From Archangiaceae bacterium (GTDB taxonomy: Bacteria; Myxococcota; Myxococcia; Myxococcales; Myxococcaceae): 24,339 nt of DNA. Shown piece by piece: positions 1 through 9,200 of the stretch; the first letter of the stretch is position 1, and every line of letters begins with the position of its first letter. The translations under genes and the position numbers were made by a program. The DNA is taken from assembly GCA_043750125.1 (NCBI GenBank), contig JAYVCD010000100.1, positions 1 to 24,339 of the forward strand, read 5' to 3'. The notes below the pieces were generated by a model, which made no database searches, was not told where the DNA came from, and was given only the letters and a program-made list of their open reading frames with translations.

Positions 1-108
1 CCCGCGCCGCCCGCGCCGCCCGCGCCACCCGCGCCACCCGCGCCACCCGCTCCACCCGCTCCACCCGCGCCACCCGCGCCACCCGCTCCACCCGCGCCAC
101 CTGCTCCG
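1..108 (-). repeat. 9-bp tandem repeat, 12 copies, encoding a (Gly-Gly-Ala)n spacer
   Basis: Plus-strand unit CCCGC[G/T]CC[A/G] from 1 to 99, then a degenerate CCTGCTCCG at 100-108. It is in frame with the surface protein and probably continues beyond the edge. Confidence 0.95.
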
Positions 109-3100
109 CCGCCAGTTCCGCTGGCGACGAAAGTGAACCCGTCGACCAGCACCGCGCTCTGGTTGTCAGGGTTGCGCACGAGCACATCGACGGCTCCTGC
201 TGCGAGCGCAGGAGTGGCGCAGACAATCTGAGTCACGCCGACCACCGAGATCCCGGTCGCGAGCGTTCCTCCGAAAGTGACCGTCGCTCCATTTTGAAAA
301 TGGGTGCCCTTGAGGCTGACCATCGTCGCCGCATTTGCCGGCCCCAGGTTCGGCGTCACCAACGTCAGCGTCGGGGAAGGAACCGCGATGAAAGTGAAGC
401 CATTGACCAGCGTCGCCGATTGGTTGTCTGCGTTGCGAACCACGACGTCCACCTGTCCTGCCAGATGAGCGGGAGTCGTTGCGGTGAGGTTCGTCGCAGA
501 GCTCACCACCACGTTCGTCGCGTCAATTCCGCCAAACTGAACCACCGCTCCCTGCGCGAACTGGGTTCCCGCGAGGCTCACTCCAGTTCCGCCTGAGGCC
601 AGGCCATTGCCCGGAACGACCGATGAAATCGTCGGGGCCGGGGGCGCCAGATAGGTGAAAGCGTTGAGCAGCAGCGCGGTCTGGTTGTCCGGGTTCTTCA
701 CCGCCACGTGGACCATTCCAGCGGCGTGCGCGGGGGTTGCGACCGTGATCGCGTTCGGCAAAGTGGAGGTCACCGTTCCATTGAAGCCGTCAAAGGACAC
801 CGTCGCGCCGGGGACGAAGTTGCTGCCGGTGACGGTGATGGGGGTCGCTCCCAGCGTCGAGCCGGTCGAAGGGGCCACCATCGACAGCGTCGGCTTGGGA
901 AGCGTGTACGTATAGCCCCCTGCCAGCGTGGCCTGTTGCCCATCGGCGTTGGTGACCTTCACGTCCACCATCCCTGCGATCGAGCCCGCAGGAGTGACCG
1001 CAGTGATCGCCGTCGGCGAGGCCACCACGACGGAAGTCGCTGGCACGCCGCCAAACGTGACCGTCGCGCCTGCGAAGAAGCCAGTGCCCGCGATCGAGAC
1101 CATCGTCATCCCGCTGATCAGCCCCGCCCCGGGAGTCACCCCGGTCACCGTCGGAGCCGCCGCGGTGTACGTGAAGCCGCCGACCCGAGTGGCCTTCTGA
1201 CCATCGGGGTTGCTCACCACCGCATCGACCCCCCCAGGGCCCGCGCGCGCCGCGGTAGGACAGCTGATGGCCGTGGTGCCGGTGACGATTGCCGGGCTGC
1301 AGGCCACTGCCCCGAGAGTCACCGTTGCGCCGGGCTGAAAGTTGGTCCCACTCAGAGTGACCGACGTTCCACCGGCGGTCGGCCCATTGTCCGGGTTCAG
1401 GCTCGTCAGGGTCGGGGCCGGGGCGAGCACGCTGCGAACACAGTTCCTGGCGATCGACAGCAGGTAGTCGCCGGTCGTCGCGACGGTGCCCGTATTTCCG
1501 ACCGAGACGCGCACGTAATAAGTGCCTGAGGTGCGGATGCGGTAGGTGAGCGCTTCGCCCGGTGAGTTGGGAGTGATTGCAGCCAGGTCGTTCGAGACCA
1601 ACACCGTATTCGAGACATCGTTGCTGTCATTGACCAACAACAACAGTGCACCCGCGGGGCTGAGCAGCACGAGCTTCGCGTTGAGAGGAGTGTTGTTGCG
1701 AACCGGATCTCCATCGAGCGCCACGAAGAGCAAGTCACCCGCGACTGCGTTCACGGAAAAGACGTCCGTGTCAGTCGAAGGCGCGGGGCCGCTCAGCGAG
1801 CCGGAGAAGTAGCCAATGCCGCTGGCCATCGCGGTGGCGAGGGTCCCGTTGGGCTCGACTTCGGGCGTGGCGTTCGCGCTCGGAGGCTGCACCACCGCGT
1901 ACAGGCGGTAGGGCTCAGAGACTTCGGTTCCCTGAAAGTGGCTGACCCGCAGGTAGCTTGCCCCCGTGACGACCGTGCCGGCGATGACAGGAGAGAAGAG
2001 TCCGAAAGGAGAGTCACCGTCGAAGTCGTCGTACTCGAGCACGTCCGTCGCGGTGGTGACCCGCAGGTCGAAGTCGTAAGTGGCCCCGGCCAGACCATCG
2101 ACCATCGCGAACACCCGTCCGGGCGATGCGCCGAGGTTGAAGAAGTCGACATCGCCCGCCGGAAAAATACCGCCGGTCAGTCCGCACGAGAGCGCGTTGG
2201 CGGTGGCAGGGGTGTTGTTGCTCTCGACCTCGGGAACGCAGGCATTCACCTCGAGCTCGATCGTGCTCCCCGAGACCTGGGTGTGGCCGTCCACGTACCC
2301 GAAGTACGGGGTGCCCGCATTCAGCTGCAGGCACGACGTCTCTTCCGCGGCGAGTGACGAGCTCGAGTTGCGATTGGCGACCGCGATGCAGGTATTGACG
2401 ACCACCGGTGAAGCGCCGGTGGGGCAGCTGTCCGCGACGTGGAGCACGAGGTCTTCGTTCCCTGCGCCGCGCACCCGCCACGAGTACTTGCCGGCCGCAG
2501 CAGGCGTGAAGCTGAACGTCACGTCCCGGCCCACTGCGCTGGTGGCAATGTTTCCAAGACCCGCGCTGCAGACCTGACCGCCATCGAGCGCGCGGGCGAG
2601 TTGGTAGTCATTGGCACCGGCTGACGTCGCTCCGGCGGCGGGCAGGTCGAGTTGAACTGTCGTTGCGCCTCCGCAGAGATCGTTTCCGGCAATGGTGGTG
2701 CGAGCGAAGACCAATTGCAGTGCAGTGTTTCCCACCGTCACCGGAGTCAGCGAATAGGTCCAGACCACGACGAAATATGGGGTGTTCGCGGTGAGCGCGA
2801 GTCCTCCGATGAAGGACTGGCGGTCTTTGACGGTGCAGCCGTCGTCGTCGCAGCCTCCGGCCATCTGGGTGAACGGACCTGCGCAACCTCCGGCCGAGGT
2901 GTAGACGGCAATCACCGTGTCTTCGAGGGTGGAAGCCGTTGGAGCGTCGGCGCAGCTGCCGATCGCATAGGTCCCGCTGACCGCCGGGCTGAAGGTGTAC
3001 CAAACACTGCGACTGACATTGCTTTGGCAGGACGCGGTCGGGTCGCCGGCGCTGCTGGTCGCCTCGTCGACGTTCGGAACCGTGGGCGCCAGGAAAGGAA

Positions 3101-3209
3101 ACGGCCCGAGGGGTGGAATGACCCCGGCACCGGCGCACAGGTCGTTGGCAGGAGCCGCGGCCCACGACGCGGCCGAGCACAGCAGCACAACCAGCAGCGC
3201 GCGCTTCAA
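1..3209 (-). CDS. Large secreted/surface protein: signal peptide, Cys-containing NDLC repeats, PPC-like domains, five IPT/TIG domains, Gly-Ala spacer; 3' end lies outside the window
   Basis: Hand translation gives a frame open from TTG at 3209 (AAGGAAG upstream; TTGA overlap with the SDR stop) to the window edge. It reads MKRALLVVLLCSAASWAAAPANDLCAGA..., EVESNNTPATANAL and EVEPNGTLATA (PPC-like), then five P-x-P-T-[LIV]...G-x-x-F...V-x-V-x-N-x-D-x-Q...F/Y-T-Y/F repeats (IPT/TIG), then (GGA)n. It is absent from the ORF track because there is no stop in the window. Confidence 0.88.
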   Translation of the reverse strand, partial: MKRALLVVLLCSAASWAAAPANDLCAGAGVIPPLGPFPFLAPTVPNVDEATSSAGDPTASCQSNVSRSVWYTFSPAVSGTYAIGSCADAPTASTLEDTVIAVYTSAGGCAGPFTQMAGGCDDDGCTVKDRQSFIGGLALTANTPYFVVVWTYSLTPVTVGNTALQLVFARTTIAGNDLCGGATTVQLDLPAAGATSAGANDYQLARALDGGQVCSAGLGNIATSAVGRDVTFSFTPAAAGKYSWRVRGAGNEDLVLHVADSCPTGASPVVVNTCIAVANRNSSSSLAAEETSCLQLNAGTPYFGYVDGHTQVSGSTIELEVNACVPEVESNNTPATANALSCGLTGGIFPAGDVDFFNLGASPGRVFAMVDGLAGATYDFDLRVTTATDVLEYDDFDGDSPFGLFSPVIAGTVVTGASYLRVSHFQGTEVSEPYRLYAVVQPPSANATPEVEPNGTLATAMASGIGYFSGSLSGPAPSTDTDVFSVNAVAGDLLFVALDGDPVRNNTPLNAKLVLLSPAGALLLLVNDSNDVSNTVLVSNDLAAITPNSPGEALTYRIRTSGTYYVRVSVGNTGTVATTGDYLLSIARNCVRSVLAPAPTLTSLNPDNGPTAGGTSVTLSGTNFQPGATVTLGAVACSPAIVTGTTAISCPTAARAGPGGVDAVVSNPDGQKATRVGGFTYTAAAPTVTGVTPGAGLISGMTMVSIAGTGFFAGATVTFGGVPATSVVVASPTAITAVTPAGSIAGMVDVKVTNADGQQATLAGGYTYTLPKPTLSMVAPSTGSTLGATPITVTGSNFVPGATVSFDGFNGTVTSTLPNAITVATPAHAAGMVHVAVKNPDNQTALLLNAFTYLAPPAPTISSVVPGNGLASGGTGVSLAGTQFAQGAVVQFGGIDATNVVVSSATNLTATTPAHLAGQVDVVVRNADNQSATLVNGFTFIAVPSPTLTLVTPNLGPANAATMVSLKGTHFQNGATVTFGGTLATGISVVGVTQIVCATPALAAGAVDVLVRNPDNQSAVLVDGFTFVASGTGGGAGGAGGAGGAGGAGGAGGAGGAGGAGGAGGAGGA
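130..1425 (-). repeat. Five tandem IPT/TIG domain repeats, about 255 bp each
   Basis: Approximate units: 1167-1425, 906-1160, 651-900, 390-645, 130-380. They end in NPDGQKATRVGGFTY, NADGQQATLAGGYTY, NPDNQTALLLNAFTY, NADNQSATLVNGFTF and NPDNQSAVLVDGFTF. Confidence 0.88.
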
Positions 3210-4042
3210 GGCTTCCTTTCTTTCTTCAGTTGCTCCTGAGCCTTGAGCCCCTTCTTGGCGAGCAAGGGAATCAACCGGCTGGCCACCGCCGGCATCAGGT
3301 CGGCAAGGCGAGCGACCGCTGCGCGCGAAAACGGGAGCGCGATTTCGAGCGGCTTGTTCGGCAGCACCTCGTTCACCAGCACCTGCTCGATGTCCTGCAC
3401 CGTCAGCGCTTTGGCCCCGGAGAACGTGAGCGCCGCCTCATGGAAGTCGACTTGAAGATCCAACATCGGGGTCTGCACCGCGTCAGGGAGCACCAGCGAG
3501 ACGAAGACGTTGTGGGGCTTGAGCTCTTGAGCGGTCGCAAGCGAGAACCCGCGCACCGCGAACTTCGAGGCGCTGTACAGACACAGCCCCGGTACCGGAG
3601 CCAGCGAGGCCAGCGAGCCGATGTTGATGATGTGGCCGTCCTTCTGCGCGACGAAGTGCGCGCCGATCACCCGGGTGCCGTGCATCAGGCCTTTGACGTT
3701 GATGTCCAGGTGACGGTCGATTTCTGCCGCGTCGAGCTCCCAGCTGTGACCGGGCTTGAGGTAACCGGCGATGTTCAGCAGCACGTCGAGCTTCGAGAAG
3801 TCCGAGATCGCACGCGCCTTCGCGCTTTCCCACTCGGAAGGAAGCCGAATGTCGAGCCGACACAGCTTCACCGCGTCCCCGTTCCAATGGTCGGCCTTCG
3901 CCGCCGCCTCGAGCGCGGGCAGATTGATGTCGGTCGCGAGAATTCGATGGCCGCGGGAGCTCAGGGCACCGGTCAGATGCCGGCCGATGCCGCTGCCGGC
4001 ACCCGTCAGCAGCATCACCAGGGACGACGCTTGGGGGGGCAT
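3206..4042 (-). CDS. Short-chain dehydrogenase/reductase (SDR family NAD(P)-dependent oxidoreductase)
   Basis: TGAGSGIG Rossmann motif, NIAG, catalytic Ser (GSLAS) and YSASK. Confidence 0.95.
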   Translation of the reverse strand: MPPQASSLVMLLTGAGSGIGRHLTGALSSRGHRILATDINLPALEAAAKADHWNGDAVKLCRLDIRLPSEWESAKARAISDFSKLDVLLNIAGYLKPGHSWELDAAEIDRHLDINVKGLMHGTRVIGAHFVAQKDGHIINIGSLASLAPVPGLCLYSASKFAVRGFSLATAQELKPHNVFVSLVLPDAVQTPMLDLQVDFHEAALTFSGAKALTVQDIEQVLVNEVLPNKPLEIALPFSRAAVARLADLMPAVASRLIPLLAKKGLKAQEQLKKERKP

Positions 4043-4081
4043 TGGAGGAAGACCCTATCACCCTGCTAAAGCCTCCCTTCG

Positions 4082-6247
4082 ATGACGCACAACGCTTTGA
4101 AGTCCGCCCAGCTGCTCGTCGCCTGTGCAGTCGTGGCGGCCTGCGGCTCATCGGCCGGTGGCTGCGGAACAGGGTGTGCCCAACTGAGCCCCATTCCAGG
4201 CGGCCGCTTCACCGGTGAAAGAATCGATACCGCCGGGGCGGCGCGGCTGAGCGCGAGCGGGTTTTCGGTGGTCAACGCCTACGCGCCGCAGCTGCTCGAC
4301 CGAATCGCGCCGGGCGGGAAGCTGATGGTCTTTTTGCCCTGCAGCATTCAGAACGTGTTGCTGGAGAACCTGACCCTCGCCGACGAAGGGGCGCTGTACT
4401 GCACCACCGAAAGCTGCGGACAGCTCGATGGGAAGTGCGACGCGAAGGACGTCCCCAAGCCAATCACGGTGAACGTCAACACTCTGACGCTGGCGCCCAA
4501 AGGCCCGGACCAGGTCGAGGCTTCGTTGGACATCACGCTCGCCACCGGGAAGATCATGATCTCTTCGGTCAGCCGCAACGCGTCGCTGTGCCTGTTTGCC
4601 AGCCCGGTGAAGTGCAGCGTGGATCTCGACACCGCCCGGACGACTCCGCTCAACAACGAGCTGAAAGTCCACATTCGCTTCATCGTCGATACCCGCTGGG
4701 ACAAGGTGCTCTCGTTCGAAATCGCCGACATCGGGGGCTCGAAGGCGTGCGGGACTTCGGGAGCGCTTCCCAAGCCGGCCTGCATCGACCCGGCCGACAT
4801 GCTGGTCGCAAGCGAAGGCAGCTGCGGCTTCTGCACCGTGGCGAACTTCAATCTGGTGAAGACGCTGATTGTCGATCAGCTGACCAGGTCACTCAAAGAT
4901 CGACTCGAGGCTGCGCTTCGCAACGCGAACTGCCGCAGCTGCGGCGCCAACGACACCTGTCCCACCAGCCCCCTCGCCACCAGCAGTTGCGTCTGGCCCA
5001 CCGACGGCGGCAACCCCGACGCGGGCGAGTGCATCGACGATGGAACCAGCAAGTGCGTCCCCGGCCTGCTCGGGCTCGAGGGGCGCCTGGCGTTCGGCCA
5101 GGGCCTCGATCTGTCCATCGCGGCCGGAGGGAGCACCGCGGCCAACGCGACCGGGCTCACCGTCGGCTTCATCGGCGGAACTGCGGAAGCCAACATCGCT
5201 TCCTGCGTGAAGCCGCTGACCGCACCGCCTCAAACCGCACTGCCGCTGCCCGACTTCGACTTCGATGCGCCAGGACCCTACGACCTGGGAATCAGCCTGT
5301 CTGGGCAGCTGCTGTCGGGCGCGCTGTTTCATGCCCAACAATCGGGCGCCCTGTGTCTCGAGGTCGGGCAGGAACAGGTGACCCAGCTCGATTCGGCCCT
5401 GCTCGGAACGCTGTTGCCTTCGCTCAACCTGCTCGCCGGCAAGAACGTCAGCGTCCCATTGCGAGTCGTGATCCGCCCCGTGAATCCTCCCCGCGCCACG
5501 CTCGGAGAGGGAACGATCGACGCGATCACGATGAAGCCGAAAGAGCCGTTGATCGAAGTCGATTGGGACGGGGTCGAAATCGACCTCTACGCCCGGCTCG
5601 AAGATCGGTACGTGCGGCTGTTCACCGTCTCGGCCGACGTGAAGCTCCCCGTCGGCTTGTCGCTCACCGGCTGCAGCGACGTGACGCCGGTGATTGGCGA
5701 CTTGTCGAAGGCCATCACCCACGTCACCGCCAAAAACTCGGAGCTGCTCGCCGAGCCGCTGGGGGCGCTCGAGACCCTGGTGCCCGCGCTGCTCTCGTTT
5801 GCAGAGCCGACGCTGGCCCGCGGTCTCCAGTCGTTCACTGTTCCCGAAGTCGCGGGCTGGAAGCTGCGGCTGCTCGCGTCGAAGGGCGTGGGGTTGATCA
5901 GCGGCACGCGCAATTACAACCACGTGGGCGTGTACGCGAAGCTGATTCCCTACGACCAGGTCTGCGTCGCGATGGCTGCGAAGCTGCGCGTTGAGCCCGC
6001 GCAGGCGCAGGGATCGCGAGCGAGGTTGACCGTAGAGGCGTTGGGCACGGTGAATCCCGAGTACCAGTTCCGGGTCAACGGCGGCTTCTGGAGCACCTGG
6101 CGGCCTGCAGGAACAGACGGCCGACTCGAAGTGGTGCACCCGCGGCTGCAGCTGCATGCCGCGCATCGGGTCGAAGTGCGAGTGCGTGAGACGCTGAAGC
6201 CCGAGGCGATCAGCGCTCCGGTCGGCGTCGAGGTCCGGGGTCCTTAG
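4082..6247 (+). CDS. Cys-rich putative lipoprotein, hypothetical, possibly BPI/LBP (TULIP)-like
   Basis: 721-aa ORF with GC-rich third positions and a lipobox-like VVAA|C21. It has many Cys and ends in a beta-rich module (PEYQFRVNGGFWSTW...VEVRVRE). Confidence 0.8.
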   Translation: MTHNALKSAQLLVACAVVAACGSSAGGCGTGCAQLSPIPGGRFTGERIDTAGAARLSASGFSVVNAYAPQLLDRIAPGGKLMVFLPCSIQNVLLENLTLADEGALYCTTESCGQLDGKCDAKDVPKPITVNVNTLTLAPKGPDQVEASLDITLATGKIMISSVSRNASLCLFASPVKCSVDLDTARTTPLNNELKVHIRFIVDTRWDKVLSFEIADIGGSKACGTSGALPKPACIDPADMLVASEGSCGFCTVANFNLVKTLIVDQLTRSLKDRLEAALRNANCRSCGANDTCPTSPLATSSCVWPTDGGNPDAGECIDDGTSKCVPGLLGLEGRLAFGQGLDLSIAAGGSTAANATGLTVGFIGGTAEANIASCVKPLTAPPQTALPLPDFDFDAPGPYDLGISLSGQLLSGALFHAQQSGALCLEVGQEQVTQLDSALLGTLLPSLNLLAGKNVSVPLRVVIRPVNPPRATLGEGTIDAITMKPKEPLIEVDWDGVEIDLYARLEDRYVRLFTVSADVKLPVGLSLTGCSDVTPVIGDLSKAITHVTAKNSELLAEPLGALETLVPALLSFAEPTLARGLQSFTVPEVAGWKLRLLASKGVGLISGTRNYNHVGVYAKLIPYDQVCVAMAAKLRVEPAQAQGSRARLTVEALGTVNPEYQFRVNGGFWSTWRPAGTDGRLEVVHPRLQLHAAHRVEVRVRETLKPEAISAPVGVEVRGP

Positions 6248-9200
6248 GCGACGGCCAGGCCCAGCGTTCGCTCGAGCTGCAGCGCGGCGAGGCGAACTTC
6301 GTCCGACTGGGCCACCCGCGGCCGAGCGTCCAGCTGTCCGGTGCGCACCTCACGCAACAACGTCCGCGCTTTTTGAGGCGTGCTCGTTCCATCGCCCAGC
6401 CCCAGTTGCATCTTCCACAGCGCGTGGGCGGTCAGCAGCAAAGGGTCATTGGCCATTTCGAGCTTCGACTCGGCGGCCTTGATCGTCAGCCGGGCCTGCT
6501 CGGGGTGGCCGCCGAGCGCTTCGAGCGACGCCGAGAACGAAAGAAAAATACCTTCGTGCCGCAGGTCGCCCACCTGGTGCAGCACCCGCAGCGCCTCGAT
6601 CAACTTCAGCTGCGCTTCGGCGAGCTCGCCGCACTGGGCCAGCACCTGGGCGAGCTTTCCGAGGAAGTAGCCCTTGAGCGCCAGCTCGTTGGCCTGCTCG
6701 CAGCGGGCGACGGCATCCGAGAAAAAAGCACGCGCCAACTCGGTGCGCTGCTCTTCGAGGAACAGGCTGCCCACTGTGCCCAGCACCCGCGCCTCGCTCA
6801 CCGCATCGCCCCGGCTGCGCGCCAGGGGGAGGGCTTCGTCACAGCACGCCAACGCCCGGGTCAGCTCGCGACGGGCCACGCAGACCACCGCCTGCAGCGA
6901 GAGCGCCTTCACTTCGAACGCCACATCGCCATTGGCCCGAGACATCTTCAACGACTGCTCGAGCCCGGCGATCGCACCATCGACATCGGCGTTGATGAAG
7001 CAGGCCTGCGCCCAGTCGCACAGAATCCGGCCCTCGAGCGCCGGGTCTTTTGCCTCGCGCACGATCTTCAGCGCCTCGGTCATTCCTTCCAGGGCCAGCG
7101 CGGGACGGCCGCGACTGATCTGCACGTTCGCCCGAGCCTGCATCGCACGCGCGATGATCGACTTCGGAGCGCCGCTGCTCGTCGCGGTGGAAATCGTCTG
7201 CTCGAGCAGCGACAGATGCGGCCCGGACAGCCCGGTGCGAATGAGCCAGGGGTCCAGGCCGTGCAGCACGCGCAGCGCGAGGGTGGTGCTGTCGGCTGTG
7301 GCAGGAACGGTCGCTTTCGCGCGCTCGAAGATCTCGAGCAGATTTTCCTGTTCGACCGAAAGCATCGCCAGCCGTTCGGTGCTTGCGGGGCCGTGCATCT
7401 CTTCAGCCCACGCTTCGCTCAACTGAAGAAACCAATCGGAGTGATTCCGGTGCGCCAAGACCGCTTCGGCCGGGTTGCTCTCGAGCAGGGCCGCGGCTGT
7501 GGCGCGTACACTTTGAAGCAGGCGAAAGCGCAGTCGGCCGGGCGCCTGGGGTGCCACGTACGCGCGCAGCAGCGACTTGCGAACGAGCGATTCGAGCAGA
7601 AACGCGACCTCTTCCCCCGGCTCGAGAGTGATGATCCGTTCGGCTGCCGCACGGGTGAAGCCGCCTCGAAACACCGACAGCTGGCTGAGCGCTCGTCGTT
7701 CCGGCCGAGACAACAGGGCCACGGTCCAGTCGATCGCCCCGGTCATATTTACCGCCCTGGCCGCCTCGAGCTGCTCGTGAATCGCCCCGAGGTTCAGCGC
7801 ATCGGTGCGCGCACCGACCAGCTCAATCGCCAGTGGAAGTCCCTCGAGCAGGGCGCAGATTTGGACCACGTGGTCCAGCTCGCTGGCGGCCGATGGCGCG
7901 GTGCCGCCGGCGCGCTCGAACTGCGAGACGAACATCCGAACCGCGGCAGAATCGGACCCGTCTGCGTCGAGCCCGGACAAAGGCAGCACCCGTTCGTGAG
8001 GCAGCCCCAGCGACTCGCTTCGGGTCATCAGCATCGACAGCTCGGGCGCAGCGGCGAGCCACTGCTCGATTGAACCGGAGGCCAGCTCGAAATGGTTGAG
8101 CACGAGCAGGCCCTTTCCCAGCCCCGCCAACAATCGGCCCACTTCCATCGTCAGCTGCTGCTCGGTCTCACAGACCCCGTCGGTCTCGAGCCCGCAGACC
8201 ATCATCACCGCCCGGGCAGCGGCTTCCGGCGTGCGCGCCTCGGACAATTCGACAGTCCAGACCTTTTCCTTCCAGTGCTCGGGGTGCAGCTCGACGAAGC
8301 GCGCGGCCAGGCGCGACTTGCCCTCGCCTGCCGTACCGGTGACCGTGACGAGGCGCGCGCCTTGATCGAAGTAGGTCGACAGCTGAGCCAACTCGAAGTT
8401 GCGGCCGACGAACGGTCCCAGCGCCGGGACGACGTTCAATCGAAGGGGCAATGAGCCACCGGTGGGAAGCCGATGGCCCGCACCCGGCCCTTCTCTCGAA
8501 GCGACCCGGTGGGTCTGGCTGCCCGGAAGGTGATGAAGCTTCTCATTGCGGGTCGCCGCGTCCCCACTCGTGGTGGCGACGACCGGAGTCTCGGTGGGAT
8601 CCAGGGTGTGCTCGGGAAACATTCCTCGCAGCCAGGAACCCACCCGCGCGGGCGAGTGCGGCAGCCGCATCTTCTCGAGCAACGCGTCGAGCGCTTCGGC
8701 CAGGTCTCCGCAGCTTCCCATTCGCTTCGAAGGGCTGCGCGCGAGCGAATTGAGAATCAGCTCTTCGAGAGGTTCTGGACAGTCCGGCAGCAAGCTCGAC
8801 GGGCGGGGAACTCTGCATTCCATCACCGCGCGCAGCGTCTCGGCGTCCGAGGGTTTCCAGAACAACCGCTGCAGCGTCACCAGTTCCCAGAGCACCACGC
8901 CCAGCGAGAACAAATCGCTGCGAGCATCGAGCGCCGCGCCGTCGAACTGCTCGGGTGACATGTACGCGTACTTGCCCTTCACCACCCCCGCGTCGGTGTG
9001 CGTCGTGCGGTGCGACGCACTGGCGATTCCGAAGTCCAGCACCTTGGTCGCCCCCTCGTAGGTGACGAGCACGTTCTGAGGAGACACGTCGCGGTGGACG
9101 ATTTGCTGCGCTTGCCCGTGGCGATCGACCTTGCGATGCGCGTAGTCGAGGCCCTGCGCCGCGTCGCTCACCATCTGCATCACGTGCTGAAGGGGAATCC

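Noticed and set aside
1-1425. Repeats as a CRISPR array or mobile-element ends
   Set aside because: They are in-frame coding repeats with wobble variation. There are no spacers, cas genes or transposase genes.
294-3246. Many short ORFs listed by the track in the first 3.2 kb
   Set aside because: All are alternative frames of the single minus-strand surface-protein gene that the track missed.
6244-6247. Overlapping stop codons of convergent genes (TTAG)
   Set aside because: The overlap is real but common in compact genomes, and nothing indicates a function.
6373-8073. 566-aa plus-strand ORF, and likewise 4435-5994, 4889-6166, 16391-17611, 16891-18063 and 21070-22173
   Set aside because: These are Arg/Gly/Ala-rich shadow ORFs without motifs, overlapping better-supported genes or gene remnants.
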